61,069 bases of DNA, from positions 1 through 61,069 of the forward strand of contig JBBRLI010000018.1 of NCBI GenBank assembly GCA_038231455.1, written 5' to 3'. The notes under the pieces were generated by a model. That model was not told the origin of the DNA and did not search any database. It saw only the letters and a list, made by a program, of their open reading frames with translations. Positions 1 to 9,971 of the stretch are shown here, in pieces. Every line of letters begins with the position of its first letter. The first letter of the stretch is position 1. A program made the position numbers and the translations under genes. This DNA comes from Vulcanimicrobiales bacterium (GTDB taxonomy: Bacteria > Vulcanimicrobiota > Vulcanimicrobiia > Vulcanimicrobiales > Vulcanimicrobiaceae).

Positions 1-324
1 CCCGATGCATCGATTACCCGTAAACGTCGACGAACGACCGAACCGCCCGACGATCCCCACTTGCCGATCCTCGCGGTCGTCGTCGGAGTCGACGAGAGCG
101 CGCATCACCTCATCGGGACCGATTCCCGTAGCGAGCAAATCAAGACCCTTGGGACCGTATGTCGTATTGCAAAAAGCCTGCGTCGCGATCGCGCCGACTC
201 CGGCCCGGACCCATGGCACCGCCGCGCCAACACTGAGAAACTTCGACTGCACGCCGCACCCGATTTCCCCGGTCTCGCGGTCGACGGCGACGATCGAAAA
301 GGTCGATGGTTTCGGAATCGGCAT
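1..324 (-). CDS. DUF1028-type (Ntn-hydrolase-like) protein, 3' end runs off the window
   Basis: Not in the ORF track. Manual translation from ATG 324 gives MPIPKPSTFSIVAVDRETGEIGCGVQSKFLSVGAAVPWVRAGVGAIATQA..., matching the TFSIVAxD...QSKFL...GAIATQ pattern of DUF1028. The frame is open to base 1. Confidence 0.85.
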   Translation of the reverse strand, partial: MPIPKPSTFSIVAVDRETGEIGCGVQSKFLSVGAAVPWVRAGVGAIATQAFCNTTYGPKGLDLLATGIGPDEVMRALVDSDDDREDRQVGIVGRFGRSSTFTGNRCIG

Positions 325-399
325 GGCCAGCGTTTGGACTCTCTTCCTTGCGCGTTCCTCCCGTAAGGGAGCCCGGCGCATACGGTGGAATCGCGCACG

Positions 400-1143
400 A
401 TGGAAACGCTGATCATCACCGGCGGCAGTGCGGGAATCGGGGCGGCCGTCGCGCGCCTTGCGGCAACGCGCGGCTATGCAATCGCGATCAACTATTCGCG
501 CGACGATGCCGCAGCCTACGCGGTCGTCGCCGAGATCGGCGCACTCGGTGGGTCCGCAATTGCGGTGCGCGGCGATGTCTCGCACGAAGCCGACGTCATC
601 GAACTCTTTGCCAGTGCGACGCGCGAACTGGGTCCGGTTACGGCGCTGGTCAATAACGCCGGAATTACCGGTCCGCTCGCCCGACTCGACGAGATCGATG
701 CGGCGACGATCGAACGCGTGCTTGCGGTCAACGTCACCGGCTCCATGCTTTGCGCGCGCGAAGCCGTCAAACGGATGTCGATCAAACACGGCGGCGCGGG
801 TGGCGCGATCGTCAACGTCTCATCGGCTGCATCGCGCCTCGGGAGCGGTGGTGAGTTCATCCACTACGCGGTCTCGAAAGGTGCGATCGATACGCTCACG
901 ATCGGGCTCGCGCGCGAAGTCGCAACTGAAGGCATCCGCGTCAACGCCGTCTCGCCCGGACTCATCGATACCGGCATTCACGCGAAGTCCGGCGCACCCG
1001 ACCGCGCGATGCGCCTGGCGCCGAACATTCCGATGAAACGGCCCGGCCGCGCCGAGGAAGTCGCCGAATCGATTCTCTGGCTGCTCTCACCGGCAGCATC
1101 CTACGTCACGGGCGCGGTGCTTTCGGTCAGCGGCGGGCGCTAA
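400..1143 (+). CDS. Short-chain dehydrogenase/reductase (SDR)
   Basis: TGGSAGIG, NNAG and YAVSK catalytic motifs. ATG 400 preferred over GTG 385. Confidence 0.92.
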   Translation: METLIITGGSAGIGAAVARLAATRGYAIAINYSRDDAAAYAVVAEIGALGGSAIAVRGDVSHEADVIELFASATRELGPVTALVNNAGITGPLARLDEIDAATIERVLAVNVTGSMLCAREAVKRMSIKHGGAGGAIVNVSSAASRLGSGGEFIHYAVSKGAIDTLTIGLAREVATEGIRVNAVSPGLIDTGIHAKSGAPDRAMRLAPNIPMKRPGRAEEVAESILWLLSPAASYVTGAVLSVSGGR

Positions 1144-2765
1144 ATGGAATACTCCCACGTATTCCAATACGGCGTCACGGCATGCGCCGGTTTGAAGTTC
1201 TTGAAATCGTCGCTCGTCACGTTCACCTGGCGGTTGAACCAGAGCGTGATGAACGGAACGTCGGCGGCGATGTCGGCCTGAATGCGGTCGTAGGCCCGCT
1301 TGCGGGTAGCACGGTCGTAGGTCGCAAGCGCGAGCCGCTCTTGGCGGTCGACATCGTGATTGCAATACCGGAAATTATTTTGGCCCGCCGGCGGAATCTG
1401 ATCGCACATCACAAGCGGCGAGTCATCCGGATCGACGCCTGAGGCCCAACTGAAGTACGCGATATCGAACTTGCTCGTCTGTAAGATACCGCCGGCGCCG
1501 AACGACGCGTACAGCTGTGCTGTCGCGTACGGCTTGACTGTCAGATCGACACCGATTGCGCGCCATTGACTCTGCGCGATCACGGCTAAACGATTCGCGA
1601 CGGCATCGCCCGACGTGACGACCATCGTTAAGGCAAGTGGAACGCCGTTTTTCGTGCGAATGCCGTCCGAACCGACGGTCCATCCCGCGGCATCGAGCAC
1701 GACACGCGCGCGTGACGGGTCGTAAGCGACCAGCGGTAACCGTGCGTTATGCGCCCAGATTGCCTTGGGCTGATCGCCCTCACCGACTTCGTTGACCCCG
1801 TAGGTCACCTGATCGACGATGCGTTTGCGGTCGAGCCCCAACTGTAAGGCTTGCCGGACGCGCAGGTCGCCCGTGATCGGACGCGAGCTGTTGAGCGCGA
1901 ACATGCCGAACTGGACGAATGGCACGAGATGAACGTCGATGTGCTCGATCCCTTTCATCGCCGGCACGTTTGCCGCGCTGGCGTTGAACCACAAATCAAC
2001 ATCGTGCGCGCGTAGCGATATGAGCGTGGTGTTATCACTCGGAATCGCCTGATAGTCGACTTCGCGCAACTTGGGCTTTCCGCGCCAATAGTCGTCGTTT
2101 GCGAGCATGCGAATCACACTTCCGCGATGCCACGCCTCGACTTTGAACGGCCCGGTGCCGATCGGTTTACTGTTGTACGGATTCTGATTGAGATCGGGGA
2201 ACTTTTCGAGTAGGTGACGCGGGTAGACGGGAATTGGAATGGCTGACTGCGTGAGAAACGTTCCAACGAACGGCGCGAACGGACGGTCGAGATGCACGGC
2301 GATCGTGTGATCGTCCCGTTTGTCGATTTTCGTAATGCGATCGTAACCGACGCGAATACCGACGTTGTTTTTCGGATTCATGATCGCGTGCCAGGTAAAG
2401 ATGACGTCGTCCGCATCGAAGGGCACACCGTCGTGCCACTTCACGCCTCGGCGCAAGTGATAGACGATCGTCTTTCCGTCCTTTGAAATACCGCCGTTCG
2501 CCGTCGTCGGCTCATCGGTTGCAAGCTCGGGAACAAGCCGGTCGCGATCGTCATAGTTAAAGAGAAACCCGCCCCAGAACATCGCAAGATCGAAATCGAT
2601 CTGAAAGTTGCCGATGAGCGGGCTGAGCGTATCGGGATCCGAGATGCTCGCGATCCGCAGGACGTTCGGTTTGGTCCAGGGATGGCGCTCGGTCGCAACC
2701 GTACCGGCCAGCGCCGAACACGCACTCAAGAAGAGGACCGTCACCAAGCAAAGTACACGCAGCAT
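1140..2765 (-). CDS. Peptide/nickel ABC transporter substrate-binding protein (family 5, OppA/DppA-like), orphan
   Basis: Signal peptide MLRVLCLV..., LRRGVKWHDG, PIGTGPF. Start trimmed to ATG 2765. Confidence 0.9.
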   Translation of the reverse strand: MLRVLCLVTVLFLSACSALAGTVATERHPWTKPNVLRIASISDPDTLSPLIGNFQIDFDLAMFWGGFLFNYDDRDRLVPELATDEPTTANGGISKDGKTIVYHLRRGVKWHDGVPFDADDVIFTWHAIMNPKNNVGIRVGYDRITKIDKRDDHTIAVHLDRPFAPFVGTFLTQSAIPIPVYPRHLLEKFPDLNQNPYNSKPIGTGPFKVEAWHRGSVIRMLANDDYWRGKPKLREVDYQAIPSDNTTLISLRAHDVDLWFNASAANVPAMKGIEHIDVHLVPFVQFGMFALNSSRPITGDLRVRQALQLGLDRKRIVDQVTYGVNEVGEGDQPKAIWAHNARLPLVAYDPSRARVVLDAAGWTVGSDGIRTKNGVPLALTMVVTSGDAVANRLAVIAQSQWRAIGVDLTVKPYATAQLYASFGAGGILQTSKFDIAYFSWASGVDPDDSPLVMCDQIPPAGQNNFRYCNHDVDRQERLALATYDRATRKRAYDRIQADIAADVPFITLWFNRQVNVTSDDFKNFKPAHAVTPYWNTWEYSI

Positions 2766-2874
2766 CGCCGCCCGTTCGGCCCGGGGAACTCCCTGGCCTG
2801 GACGCTTGCCTTCATGACTTGGCCGACAAAGCGCTCTGCGAAACATTCATTCGGAAGCGGGAATACGCACCATC

Positions 2875-3141
2875 ATGAAATTCATCCGACTCTTCTTCAC
2901 GCTCCGCACCAAGGCCGTGCGCGCATTCGAACTCGTCCGCGATGCCCGCGTTCCGCTGCGGCTCAAAGTGCTCGCGCTCCTGGCAGCCGTTTTCATTCTC
3001 TCCCCGCTGAACATTCTCGGGGATATCCCGCTCATCGGTATCGTCGACGACGCCGCGCTCCTGGCGCTCTTGCTGAATTGGTTCGTGCGCGCGGGTGAGC
3101 CGCACATGGAGATCGTCCATCCGCCGGTCCCCGTCCACTAA
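2875..3141 (+). CDS. YkvA/DUF1232-family small membrane protein
   Basis: DARVPLRLK...LSPLNILGDIPLIGIVDD motif. Confidence 0.8.
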   Translation: MKFIRLFFTLRTKAVRAFELVRDARVPLRLKVLALLAAVFILSPLNILGDIPLIGIVDDAALLALLLNWFVRAGEPHMEIVHPPVPVH

Positions 3142-3249
3142 GCCGGAAGAAGGGGGCGGATTCGCTCTCTCTCGGTAACGAGCGTAGCGGGCCATCTCAA
3201 TCGGGCCCGTTCCCCGATCCCCCTGGACACGACCATCGATTCATCCACC

Positions 3250-4848
3250 ATGCGCGACGCGCGACCACGCTTCGCTCCGCTGAGTCCGGCCATTGGCCTG
3301 GGCCTCTTGGTGCTTGCGTTCGCGACGTTTATCGTCGCGACGACCTGGATGGTGATTACCGTCGATGGCGCGAGTGCCTATCAAGCCGACGTCCGCAAAG
3401 CACGCGGAGCGCGTGCCATTCTCTTTCGCGCGATGCTCGATGAAGAGACCGGAATGCGCGGCTACACGAGCACGGGCGACCGCCTCTTTCTCGAACCATA
3501 TACGCGCGGCGTCGCGCGCTTTTCGCATGCAGCTGCAGCGCTCGAGAGAAGTCTCACGGCGATCGACCTCGATGGAATGCGCTCGACGGTCGCCGACGAG
3601 CGCCACATTCAAACGATTTGGGTGCGGACGGTCGCAGAACCGCTGATCGCATCGCGCTCACGACCGGACGGAATCGCACTGCAGCACGCGGGGAAACGTT
3701 TGGTCGATCGCTTTCGCGTTGACGATCAGATGCTCTTCGCCGCACTCGATATCGTCTCGGTCAAAGCCGATCGCGCGGTCGGCGGGATTTTGCAGCGTAT
3801 CGTCGGCGTTGCGGTCGGCGTGGTTGTTATCGTTGGCGGCGTGTACGTTTACATTTTGCTTTCGCAACGGCGACTGCAAGCCGAGGCGGACGAAGCTCGC
3901 GCACTCTACGAAGTTGAGAAACGCATCGCCGATTCGCTGACGGAGGCGTTCATTCAGAAGCGTCTGCCGGACGTTGCGAATGTCGGCTTTAGTGCGATCT
4001 ATCTCCCGGCAAGTACCGAGTCGAATGTCGGCGGAGATTGGTACGATGCATTCGAGCTTCCGGATGGACGGATTCTCTTCTCCATCGGCGACGTAGCCGG
4101 ACACGGCGTTGTGGCGGCGGTGACGATGAGCCGCGCGCGGCAAGCGATCATCTCGGCTGCGCTTCACGAAAACGATCCGGCCGTCGTCCTCAAACGCGCG
4201 AATGCGAACTTGCTACTGCAAGATCCAACCATGGTCACGGCGGTCTGCGGGTACATCGATACGCGCACCCGGCAAATTACTTACGCCACCGCCGGCCACC
4301 CGGCGCCAATTCTCGTCTCGGATCGCGCGGTCTATTTACCGAGTGAGGGGATTCCGCTCGGGCTCTTCGCCTCCGCGTCGTATCGCTCGTTCGTCACCGA
4401 GGCGCCGCCGAATGCGATGCTCGTGCTCTACACGGACGGCGCGCTCGAATTCGACCGCGACGTGATTCGGGGCGAGGAGCGGTTACTCGAAGGCGCGCTC
4501 GCGGCCGCACGCGGCGGAGGAATCAACCCCGCGCAAACGATGCGCGACCGGGTCTTCGGCGCGGCGACTTCGACGGACGACGTTGCGATTATGACGATTG
4601 CGTTTTTGGACGCCGATTCCGGTGCTGACGTCGAGCGCGATTGGACGGTCGTCGACCGTGCCGCCGAGGGCCGTCCGCCGGAAATCGGCCGAACCCCCGA
4701 GCGGCCGCCGCTGGCACGGATCATCACCGCGTCGTCCGGGGAACAATTCCGCTGCGCTTCGGTTTATCTGCGCGCAAGCGAAGCCCGGGAGGTTTCCGAC
4801 CGGCTTCACGGGGTACGTCCTCGAGCATGCAAGCAACCGTCGTCCTGA
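3250..4848 (+). CDS. Membrane sensor PP2C phosphatase (CHASE3 + SpoIIE/RsbU domain)
   Basis: TM, CHASE3 (LDEETGMRGY...FLEPY), TM, then VGGDWYD, GDVAGHG, AGHP, LYTDG and DDVA motifs. An ~80-aa tail overlaps the next gene. Confidence 0.88.
   Translation: MRDARPRFAPLSPAIGLGLLVLAFATFIVATTWMVITVDGASAYQADVRKARGARAILFRAMLDEETGMRGYTSTGDRLFLEPYTRGVARFSHAAAALERSLTAIDLDGMRSTVADERHIQTIWVRTVAEPLIASRSRPDGIALQHAGKRLVDRFRVDDQMLFAALDIVSVKADRAVGGILQRIVGVAVGVVVIVGGVYVYILLSQRRLQAEADEARALYEVEKRIADSLTEAFIQKRLPDVANVGFSAIYLPASTESNVGGDWYDAFELPDGRILFSIGDVAGHGVVAAVTMSRARQAIISAALHENDPAVVLKRANANLLLQDPTMVTAVCGYIDTRTRQITYATAGHPAPILVSDRAVYLPSEGIPLGLFASASYRSFVTEAPPNAMLVLYTDGALEFDRDVIRGEERLLEGALAAARGGGINPAQTMRDRVFGAATSTDDVAIMTIAFLDADSGADVERDWTVVDRAAEGRPPEIGRTPERPPLARIITASSGEQFRCASVYLRASEAREVSDRLHGVRPRACKQPSS
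4790..4816 (+). promoter_or_regulatory. SigB/SigF-type stress promoter AGGTTT-N15-GGGTAC
   Basis: AGGTTT 4790-4795 and GGGTAC 4811-4816, 10 nt before ATG 4827. Confidence 0.6.
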
Positions 4849-5714
4849 ATCTGCACTCGAATAAGACCCGGAAGTATTTGGAGGAGCTGCCCCGCATGCT
4901 CGCCGAGCGCGGGATCGAGACGTCGGCGATGCATCTGCTCGAAGGCAGCGACGGCGTCACCAAGACCGTCAAGAAGGCCGTGAAGAACGGCGCAACGCAC
5001 GTGATCGTCGGCGGCGGCGATGGGACGATGGCGCAGGCGGTCAATGCGCTCGCACACACGCAGACGATTCTCGGCGTTCTGCCGCTCGGGACCGGGAACA
5101 GCTTTGCGCTTACACTCGGCATCGGCGATGACATCGAGAAAGCGCTTGACATCATCGCTGCCGTCCGGATCGTCAGCGTGGATCTCGGCGTCGTGAACAA
5201 GAAGTATTTCGCAAATTTCGCGACGATCGGCCTCCCCTCAGAGATCGCCGCATCGACCGATCGTACGCTCAAGAACTTCGTCGGCCCGCTCGCCTACGCG
5301 CTCGGCGGCATCAAACCGTTCTTCCAGCATCGCGCGTTCAAAGCGAAAATTAAAGCCGATGACAACGACCTCAAACTGAAAACGCAACAAATGGTTATTG
5401 CGAGCGGACGATTTTTTGGGAAAAAGCCCCTCACGCCAGAGGCGAACATCACCGACGGACGCCTCGCCTTCTTCACGACCAGCGGCGTGAGTCACTTAGA
5501 GATCGCGCGCACCTACGTCGCGATGGGCATGGGCCTTTCTGGCTGGCTCCCCGACGCGCACCGGTTTTCGGCAAAGAAGATCACGATCAAAACCAAACCC
5601 AAACAGCCGCTAAGTATCGACGGCAACGCGTACGGAACGACGCCGGCGCGATTTTCGATCGCGCCGCTCGCGCTGCGCGTACTCGTGGCATCCACCTTCA
5701 ACGATGACGCCTAG
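4827..5714 (+). CDS. Diacylglycerol-kinase-family lipid kinase (YegS/Rv2252/BmrU)
   Basis: GGGDGT, LPLGTGNSFA and IDG motifs. True start MQATVVLN at 4827. Confidence 0.92.
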   Translation: MQATVVLNLHSNKTRKYLEELPRMLAERGIETSAMHLLEGSDGVTKTVKKAVKNGATHVIVGGGDGTMAQAVNALAHTQTILGVLPLGTGNSFALTLGIGDDIEKALDIIAAVRIVSVDLGVVNKKYFANFATIGLPSEIAASTDRTLKNFVGPLAYALGGIKPFFQHRAFKAKIKADDNDLKLKTQQMVIASGRFFGKKPLTPEANITDGRLAFFTTSGVSHLEIARTYVAMGMGLSGWLPDAHRFSAKKITIKTKPKQPLSIDGNAYGTTPARFSIAPLALRVLVASTFNDDA

Positions 5715-6381
5715 CCCGCTTTTGGCGGGCGGTTTGTGGATCGTTGCCGGCCTGCTTTTTGCGTGCGTCTTGGCCTTAGGACGCCGTGTCACGGGTCAAA
5801 TACCGCACGGATTCGATGTTGAAGCGATCGTGCTGCGCGGCCGCTCGCAACGGCTCGCGCACTTCTTCACGTTGCTCGGCCGCGGTCCGGCCCTTGCAGG
5901 CCTCGGCGCACTGGCGCTCCTGGTTGCCGTACTCGATCATGCCGGGATCGCGCTCGTGGCCGCGTTGCTCGTCCTGCAGACGCTCTCGCAGGGCGCGACG
6001 AGCGGCGTGAAATTGATCTTCCGGCGCGCGCGCCCCGACTACTGGATCGCAAAAGCCGAACGCGATCATTCTTTTCCAAGCGGGCATAGCGTAACGGCCG
6101 TCGTCTTTTTTGGCGGACTCGCGGGGCTCGTAGCCACCAATACCACCTTACCGCGCGCGCTCGCCGGGGCGATCGTCGCTGTGCTGGTCATCTGCGTCAT
6201 TGGTATCCCGTGGTCGCGACTCTCGCTTGCCGCGCACTATCCGACCGACGTGCTCGGCGGTATGCTCTTTGGTAGCGCGTGGTTATGCATCGCGGTCGCC
6301 GTCGGCTTGCATTTCGGTGCGATCGATCTCTCCGTTCCGCTCGCTTACGGTCCGCCGAGCGCGCTCAAAATCCACGGATAG
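5704..6381 (+). CDS. PAP2-family membrane lipid phosphatase
   Basis: KxxxxRxRP, SFPSGH and SRLxxxxHYxxD motifs; several TM helices. Confidence 0.92.
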   Translation: MTPSPLLAGGLWIVAGLLFACVLALGRRVTGQIPHGFDVEAIVLRGRSQRLAHFFTLLGRGPALAGLGALALLVAVLDHAGIALVAALLVLQTLSQGATSGVKLIFRRARPDYWIAKAERDHSFPSGHSVTAVVFFGGLAGLVATNTTLPRALAGAIVAVLVICVIGIPWSRLSLAAHYPTDVLGGMLFGSAWLCIAVAVGLHFGAIDLSVPLAYGPPSALKIHG

Positions 6382-7193
6382 CTGAGTGCAATCGGCGCGA
6401 CCTCCAGCGTCGGCTCGATGATGTCGTGCTGCTTTGGCAGATCCGTGCGCACCTCGATGCGCACGTCGAGTCCGCGCGCGCGCAGCGCTTCGAGCCGTCG
6501 CTGCGCGAAGGCGTTGTTCACGATCGGATCGTTGCCGTTGAGCAGCCCGATCACGCGGCCGGATTTGCGCCAGCCGCCTTTCTCGGTCTGCGCGGAGAGT
6601 TGCAATGTTTGCCCTAGTGCATGCGTCGAGAAGCGCGGATAGCCGTGGTGCGGTAGCTGCTGTTCTTTATGGATGGGATCCCACCACAAAAATGCGTTGG
6701 GTAAACGGTCGAGCGCCGAACCGAGCGCGTCGTTCGCACCGCCGAAAATTTGTTTGACGCCGAAAAACGGCGCGACGGCGACCGCGGTGTCGATCGCGAC
6801 GCGCGGCGCGAGCCACGCCGCGATCGCCCCGCCAAGCGAGATGCCCGCGACGCTCACGCGTTTGCCCGCACCCGCGGCAAGCGTGACCGCCTGGAGGGTG
6901 GTCTCGATCAGATCGTTCATCGTCAACTGCGCGAGCGCCGTCGTCATGCGATCCCGAAAGCCATGATAGGCAAAGCGCGGTGCGATCACGTTATAGCCGG
7001 CGTCGTATAAATACGGGCCGAGCTTCGCGTACTGACGCGGATTGTTGGTGAACCCGTGCAACAGCACGACGCAACGCGCCGCGCGTTTCTCATGCAGCCA
7101 CCAGCGCGTCCCGTTCTCCGGATCGATCAGCGGTTCGCTACGTTCGGCTGCGGCAATCGCTTCGAGTGAAGCGCGGACATCCTCGAATGACAT
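6345..7193 (-). CDS. Alpha/beta hydrolase (esterase/lipase-like)
   Basis: LLHGF oxyanion motif, GISLG nucleophile, late Asp and His. Confidence 0.85.
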   Translation of the reverse strand: MSFEDVRASLEAIAAAERSEPLIDPENGTRWWLHEKRAARCVVLLHGFTNNPRQYAKLGPYLYDAGYNVIAPRFAYHGFRDRMTTALAQLTMNDLIETTLQAVTLAAGAGKRVSVAGISLGGAIAAWLAPRVAIDTAVAVAPFFGVKQIFGGANDALGSALDRLPNAFLWWDPIHKEQQLPHHGYPRFSTHALGQTLQLSAQTEKGGWRKSGRVIGLLNGNDPIVNNAFAQRRLEALRARGLDVRIEVRTDLPKQHDIIEPTLEVAPIALSYPWILSALGGP

Positions 7194-7217
7194 CCGCGCC
7201 TCGTTCGGTGCTGCCAG

Positions 7218-9179
7218 CTAGGTTCCGGGTTTGCGCGTTGGTTCGGGCTTGCGCTCGACGCGGCGTTCCGGCGTGGACTTCTCGTGCGTAGGCGGTCGCG
7301 CTTCGGGGGCACGCCGTTCGGTTGGCGGTACGTCCGCATGCTGCGGCCGGACGACGCGGTCGCTTACGGGCGCCGCGACATGACGTTCTGCGGACGCGGC
7401 GGCGTGGCGTTCCGCGGGACTCGCATCGACGGAGCGGTGCGGAGCCGCGTAGGTTGCCGTACTCGGCGCCGTTACGGCGGACCGATGCGGTGTCTCGGCG
7501 TTTCCGCGCGAGGCATTGAACCGTGTCCACGGGTCGCTTGTCGCCGGCTGGACGAGGCGAGCCGGCGTAAGGTTTGCAGCTGACGTCGGGGTGACGACCG
7601 GCAAGACGACTGCCCGGCGCGGAACGGGCTGCGCGACGGTCATGTTTTGTGTGGAACGCGTGGCCTGGATTGTCGCCGGCTGCGTCGCGGGCGCGGGTGC
7701 GGGCGCATGGACGATCGACTCCACACGGCGACGCTGCTGTTCGAAGGGGACGCGCGCGATCGGCGTCGTGTTTCCGGCAAACGTTCGTGCAAAGGCGGGC
7801 TGCGTGCTTACTTGCGGCCCGACGGCGCGCATCGAATAGCGCAAGTTTGCCGTCGTCGGCACGATCGGCAGTGCGCCGCGAACGACGGTGACGTTGCGCA
7901 ATTGCGCTGCGCCGATCGTCACCGGATGTTCGAAGCGGCCATCGCGGAAATGCGACACGCTCACCCCGACGACCGCCCCTTTGACGAGGACGTTTCGGTA
8001 GTTGCCGGTGGTCGGCGTAAGCGTAGCCGGAGTGGTCGGCGTTCCGTTCGTCACGTTCGTTACGTTGATCACATTCGTAACATTGTTGATGACGGTTGTC
8101 TGACCCCAACCGTAGCCGAAGGGATAGTAGGGTTCATAGGGCGCCAGCGGCACCCAACCGACGTTGCCAAACCCGAAACTCGCATTGCCGAACGAGAGAA
8201 ATGCTACGAGCGCCGGACTGTAAAAGGGCGAGGAGCGCACCGGGGGCGGATACCATGCCCAACCGTACGACGGGGAATGATACCAGCGGCCATAGTGATA
8301 CGGTGCCCAGCCCCAGGGTTCGGCGGCGACCCACGTCCAGCCATAGCCGTCTTCCCACACCCAGCGGCCGTCGCGATACGGCGACCAGTCGGAGGCGGTG
8401 TTCGCGGGGATCCACACGTGACCGTAGCTCGAATCATCAACCCAGCGGCCGTAGCGATCGAGATCGTCGGCCCCATCGATATCGCGGTTCACGTACGAAT
8501 TCGAGGCGAGCGCGCGACCGCGCATCCGGTCGCGGTTTTGGTTGAACGTATCGAAATCATCCAGCGCGATGGCTTCGTGCGTGGAGGTCGTCGGGGCGTC
8601 GGCCGTGCCAGTCGCGACGAGCGTCACTCCGGCATCGATTGTCTGCGCGCCCTGCGGCGTGTCGACTTCCGCTGACCCCTCGCGCACCGTCAAATCGGTT
8701 TCGCCTTCGGGCGTGACCGTGACGCGATAGCTGCCGCTGCGAAGTGGCTTGATCGAAATCGAAGGCGTGTCGATCAGCGAACGCCCATCGATTCCACGCA
8801 AGAGACGCAAGTCGATCGTGCCGACGGCGAGCTGCAGTTCGCGACTCGTTGCATCGATGTGGACCAGTCGCATCTGCACGCCGGAATTCAAGCGCACCAT
8901 CGTGCCGCCATCGAATTGAAGTTCCGCGTGCGCGTTATCGCCCGTCGTCACGTAGTCGGCGCCCAGCACCGGCGTGTTGATCACCGCAGCCGATGTAAAG
9001 CCATTGGAATCACCGCGTTGGACGTTGACCTCGCCATCGACGACGCTCAGTCGTGCGACGCCGGTCCCCGCGCTTGGAGCGACGGCCCCGTCGGCGCGTG
9101 CGCCGATCGGCGCGGTCCACGTTACCGCACACAGCGCGGTAAGAGCAGCGAAGGTGGTTCGGCGGGCAAATGCAGACAT
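7218..9179 (-). CDS. Exported FecR-like/DUF6600 protein with Pro/Ala-rich tail
   Basis: Signal peptide, FecR-like beta region (ARLSVVDGEV), then DLDRYGRW...WGWAPYHYGRW...VGWVPLAPYE typical of DUF6600. Confidence 0.85.
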   Translation of the reverse strand: MSAFARRTTFAALTALCAVTWTAPIGARADGAVAPSAGTGVARLSVVDGEVNVQRGDSNGFTSAAVINTPVLGADYVTTGDNAHAELQFDGGTMVRLNSGVQMRLVHIDATSRELQLAVGTIDLRLLRGIDGRSLIDTPSISIKPLRSGSYRVTVTPEGETDLTVREGSAEVDTPQGAQTIDAGVTLVATGTADAPTTSTHEAIALDDFDTFNQNRDRMRGRALASNSYVNRDIDGADDLDRYGRWVDDSSYGHVWIPANTASDWSPYRDGRWVWEDGYGWTWVAAEPWGWAPYHYGRWYHSPSYGWAWYPPPVRSSPFYSPALVAFLSFGNASFGFGNVGWVPLAPYEPYYPFGYGWGQTTVINNVTNVINVTNVTNGTPTTPATLTPTTGNYRNVLVKGAVVGVSVSHFRDGRFEHPVTIGAAQLRNVTVVRGALPIVPTTANLRYSMRAVGPQVSTQPAFARTFAGNTTPIARVPFEQQRRRVESIVHAPAPAPATQPATIQATRSTQNMTVAQPVPRRAVVLPVVTPTSAANLTPARLVQPATSDPWTRFNASRGNAETPHRSAVTAPSTATYAAPHRSVDASPAERHAAASAERHVAAPVSDRVVRPQHADVPPTERRAPEARPPTHEKSTPERRVERKPEPTRKPGT

Positions 9180-9208
9180 GGTCGTCCCTCAAGGCCGGTG
9201 TGCCAACA

Positions 9209-9234
9209 AACGCAGGCTCGCTTGCGAAAGTTCC
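9209..9234 (-). promoter_or_regulatory. ECF-sigma-type promoter GGAAC-N17-CGTT upstream of the FecR/DUF6600 gene
   Basis: Minus strand reads GGAACtttcgcaagcgagcctgCGTTTG, followed by SD GAGGGA and ATG 9179. Confidence 0.55.
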
Positions 9235-9317
9235 GGCTCTTCTCCTACTCCGTGGTCGGGGCGAGAAACCATCGCGCGACGGCAGACGCTTGGCCGTCGT
9301 TTCGGATGAGATTTTGG

Positions 9318-9971
9318 TTAGAACGCGCCAGGCGGCGCTTCGAAAGCGACGATCTCGCTTACGTCCCGGTGGTTCGACCAGAAGTGCTTGCCGTCGAAGG
9401 CAAGCGAACGCGCCGCAAAGGGAATCTGCGCGAGGTCGCTCGTGAGGCCGCTACGCGTGTCGATCTTGGTGAGAAAGTAGATGCCGCTCTCTTCATCGTC
9501 GGTCGTCACGCAGTAGAAACATCCGTTTGTGATAACGAGGCCGCAGATGCCGCGCGGCGCGTGCACGATCGTCCCGACCGATCCGTCGCGACCGATTGCA
9601 AGGATCCGTTTGCGGTACCACTGCACGAGATACAGCGTGTCGCCGTCGTATCCAAGATACGATCCCGTGTTTTCGGGCGCGGCGATCCGGTCGCTTGCGT
9701 GAAACCCGTGACCGGGCGTGAAGTGATGGATGAAGCGATCGTCATCCGGCGGTTCACCGCAACAGACGAAGATCGCATCGCCCGCAACCGTGAGGCCCCA
9801 CGGAATGCCGGGCGCCGTCCCTTCATCGCGCGATTCCCAGGTGTTGGGATCGATGGAATAGAGCCGACTGGTTTCGCGCGACCCCATCCACAGCCGCGAC
9901 CCATCGAAGCCGAGCGACTGCGGCAACGGAGCGGGTGAGGCGAGACGGCGGATTTCGACGATTGCGTTCAT
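9318..9971 (-). CDS. Small cytoplasmic beta-propeller protein (glutaminyl-cyclase-like fold suspected)
   Basis: Five ~40-aa blades (SLGFDGSRLW, GLTVAGDAIF, YLGYDGDTLY, GLVITNGCFY, SLAFDGKHFW). ATGA overlap with the upstream gene. Confidence 0.7.
   Translation of the reverse strand: MNAIVEIRRLASPAPLPQSLGFDGSRLWMGSRETSRLYSIDPNTWESRDEGTAPGIPWGLTVAGDAIFVCCGEPPDDDRFIHHFTPGHGFHASDRIAAPENTGSYLGYDGDTLYLVQWYRKRILAIGRDGSVGTIVHAPRGICGLVITNGCFYCVTTDDEESGIYFLTKIDTRSGLTSDLAQIPFAARSLAFDGKHFWSNHRDVSEIVAFEAPPGAF

Noticed and set aside
2840-2864. GAAAC...GGGAAT upstream of the YkvA-like gene as a second SigB-type promoter
   Set aside because: The -10 fits but there is no GTTT -35 at the proper spacing; ambiguous.
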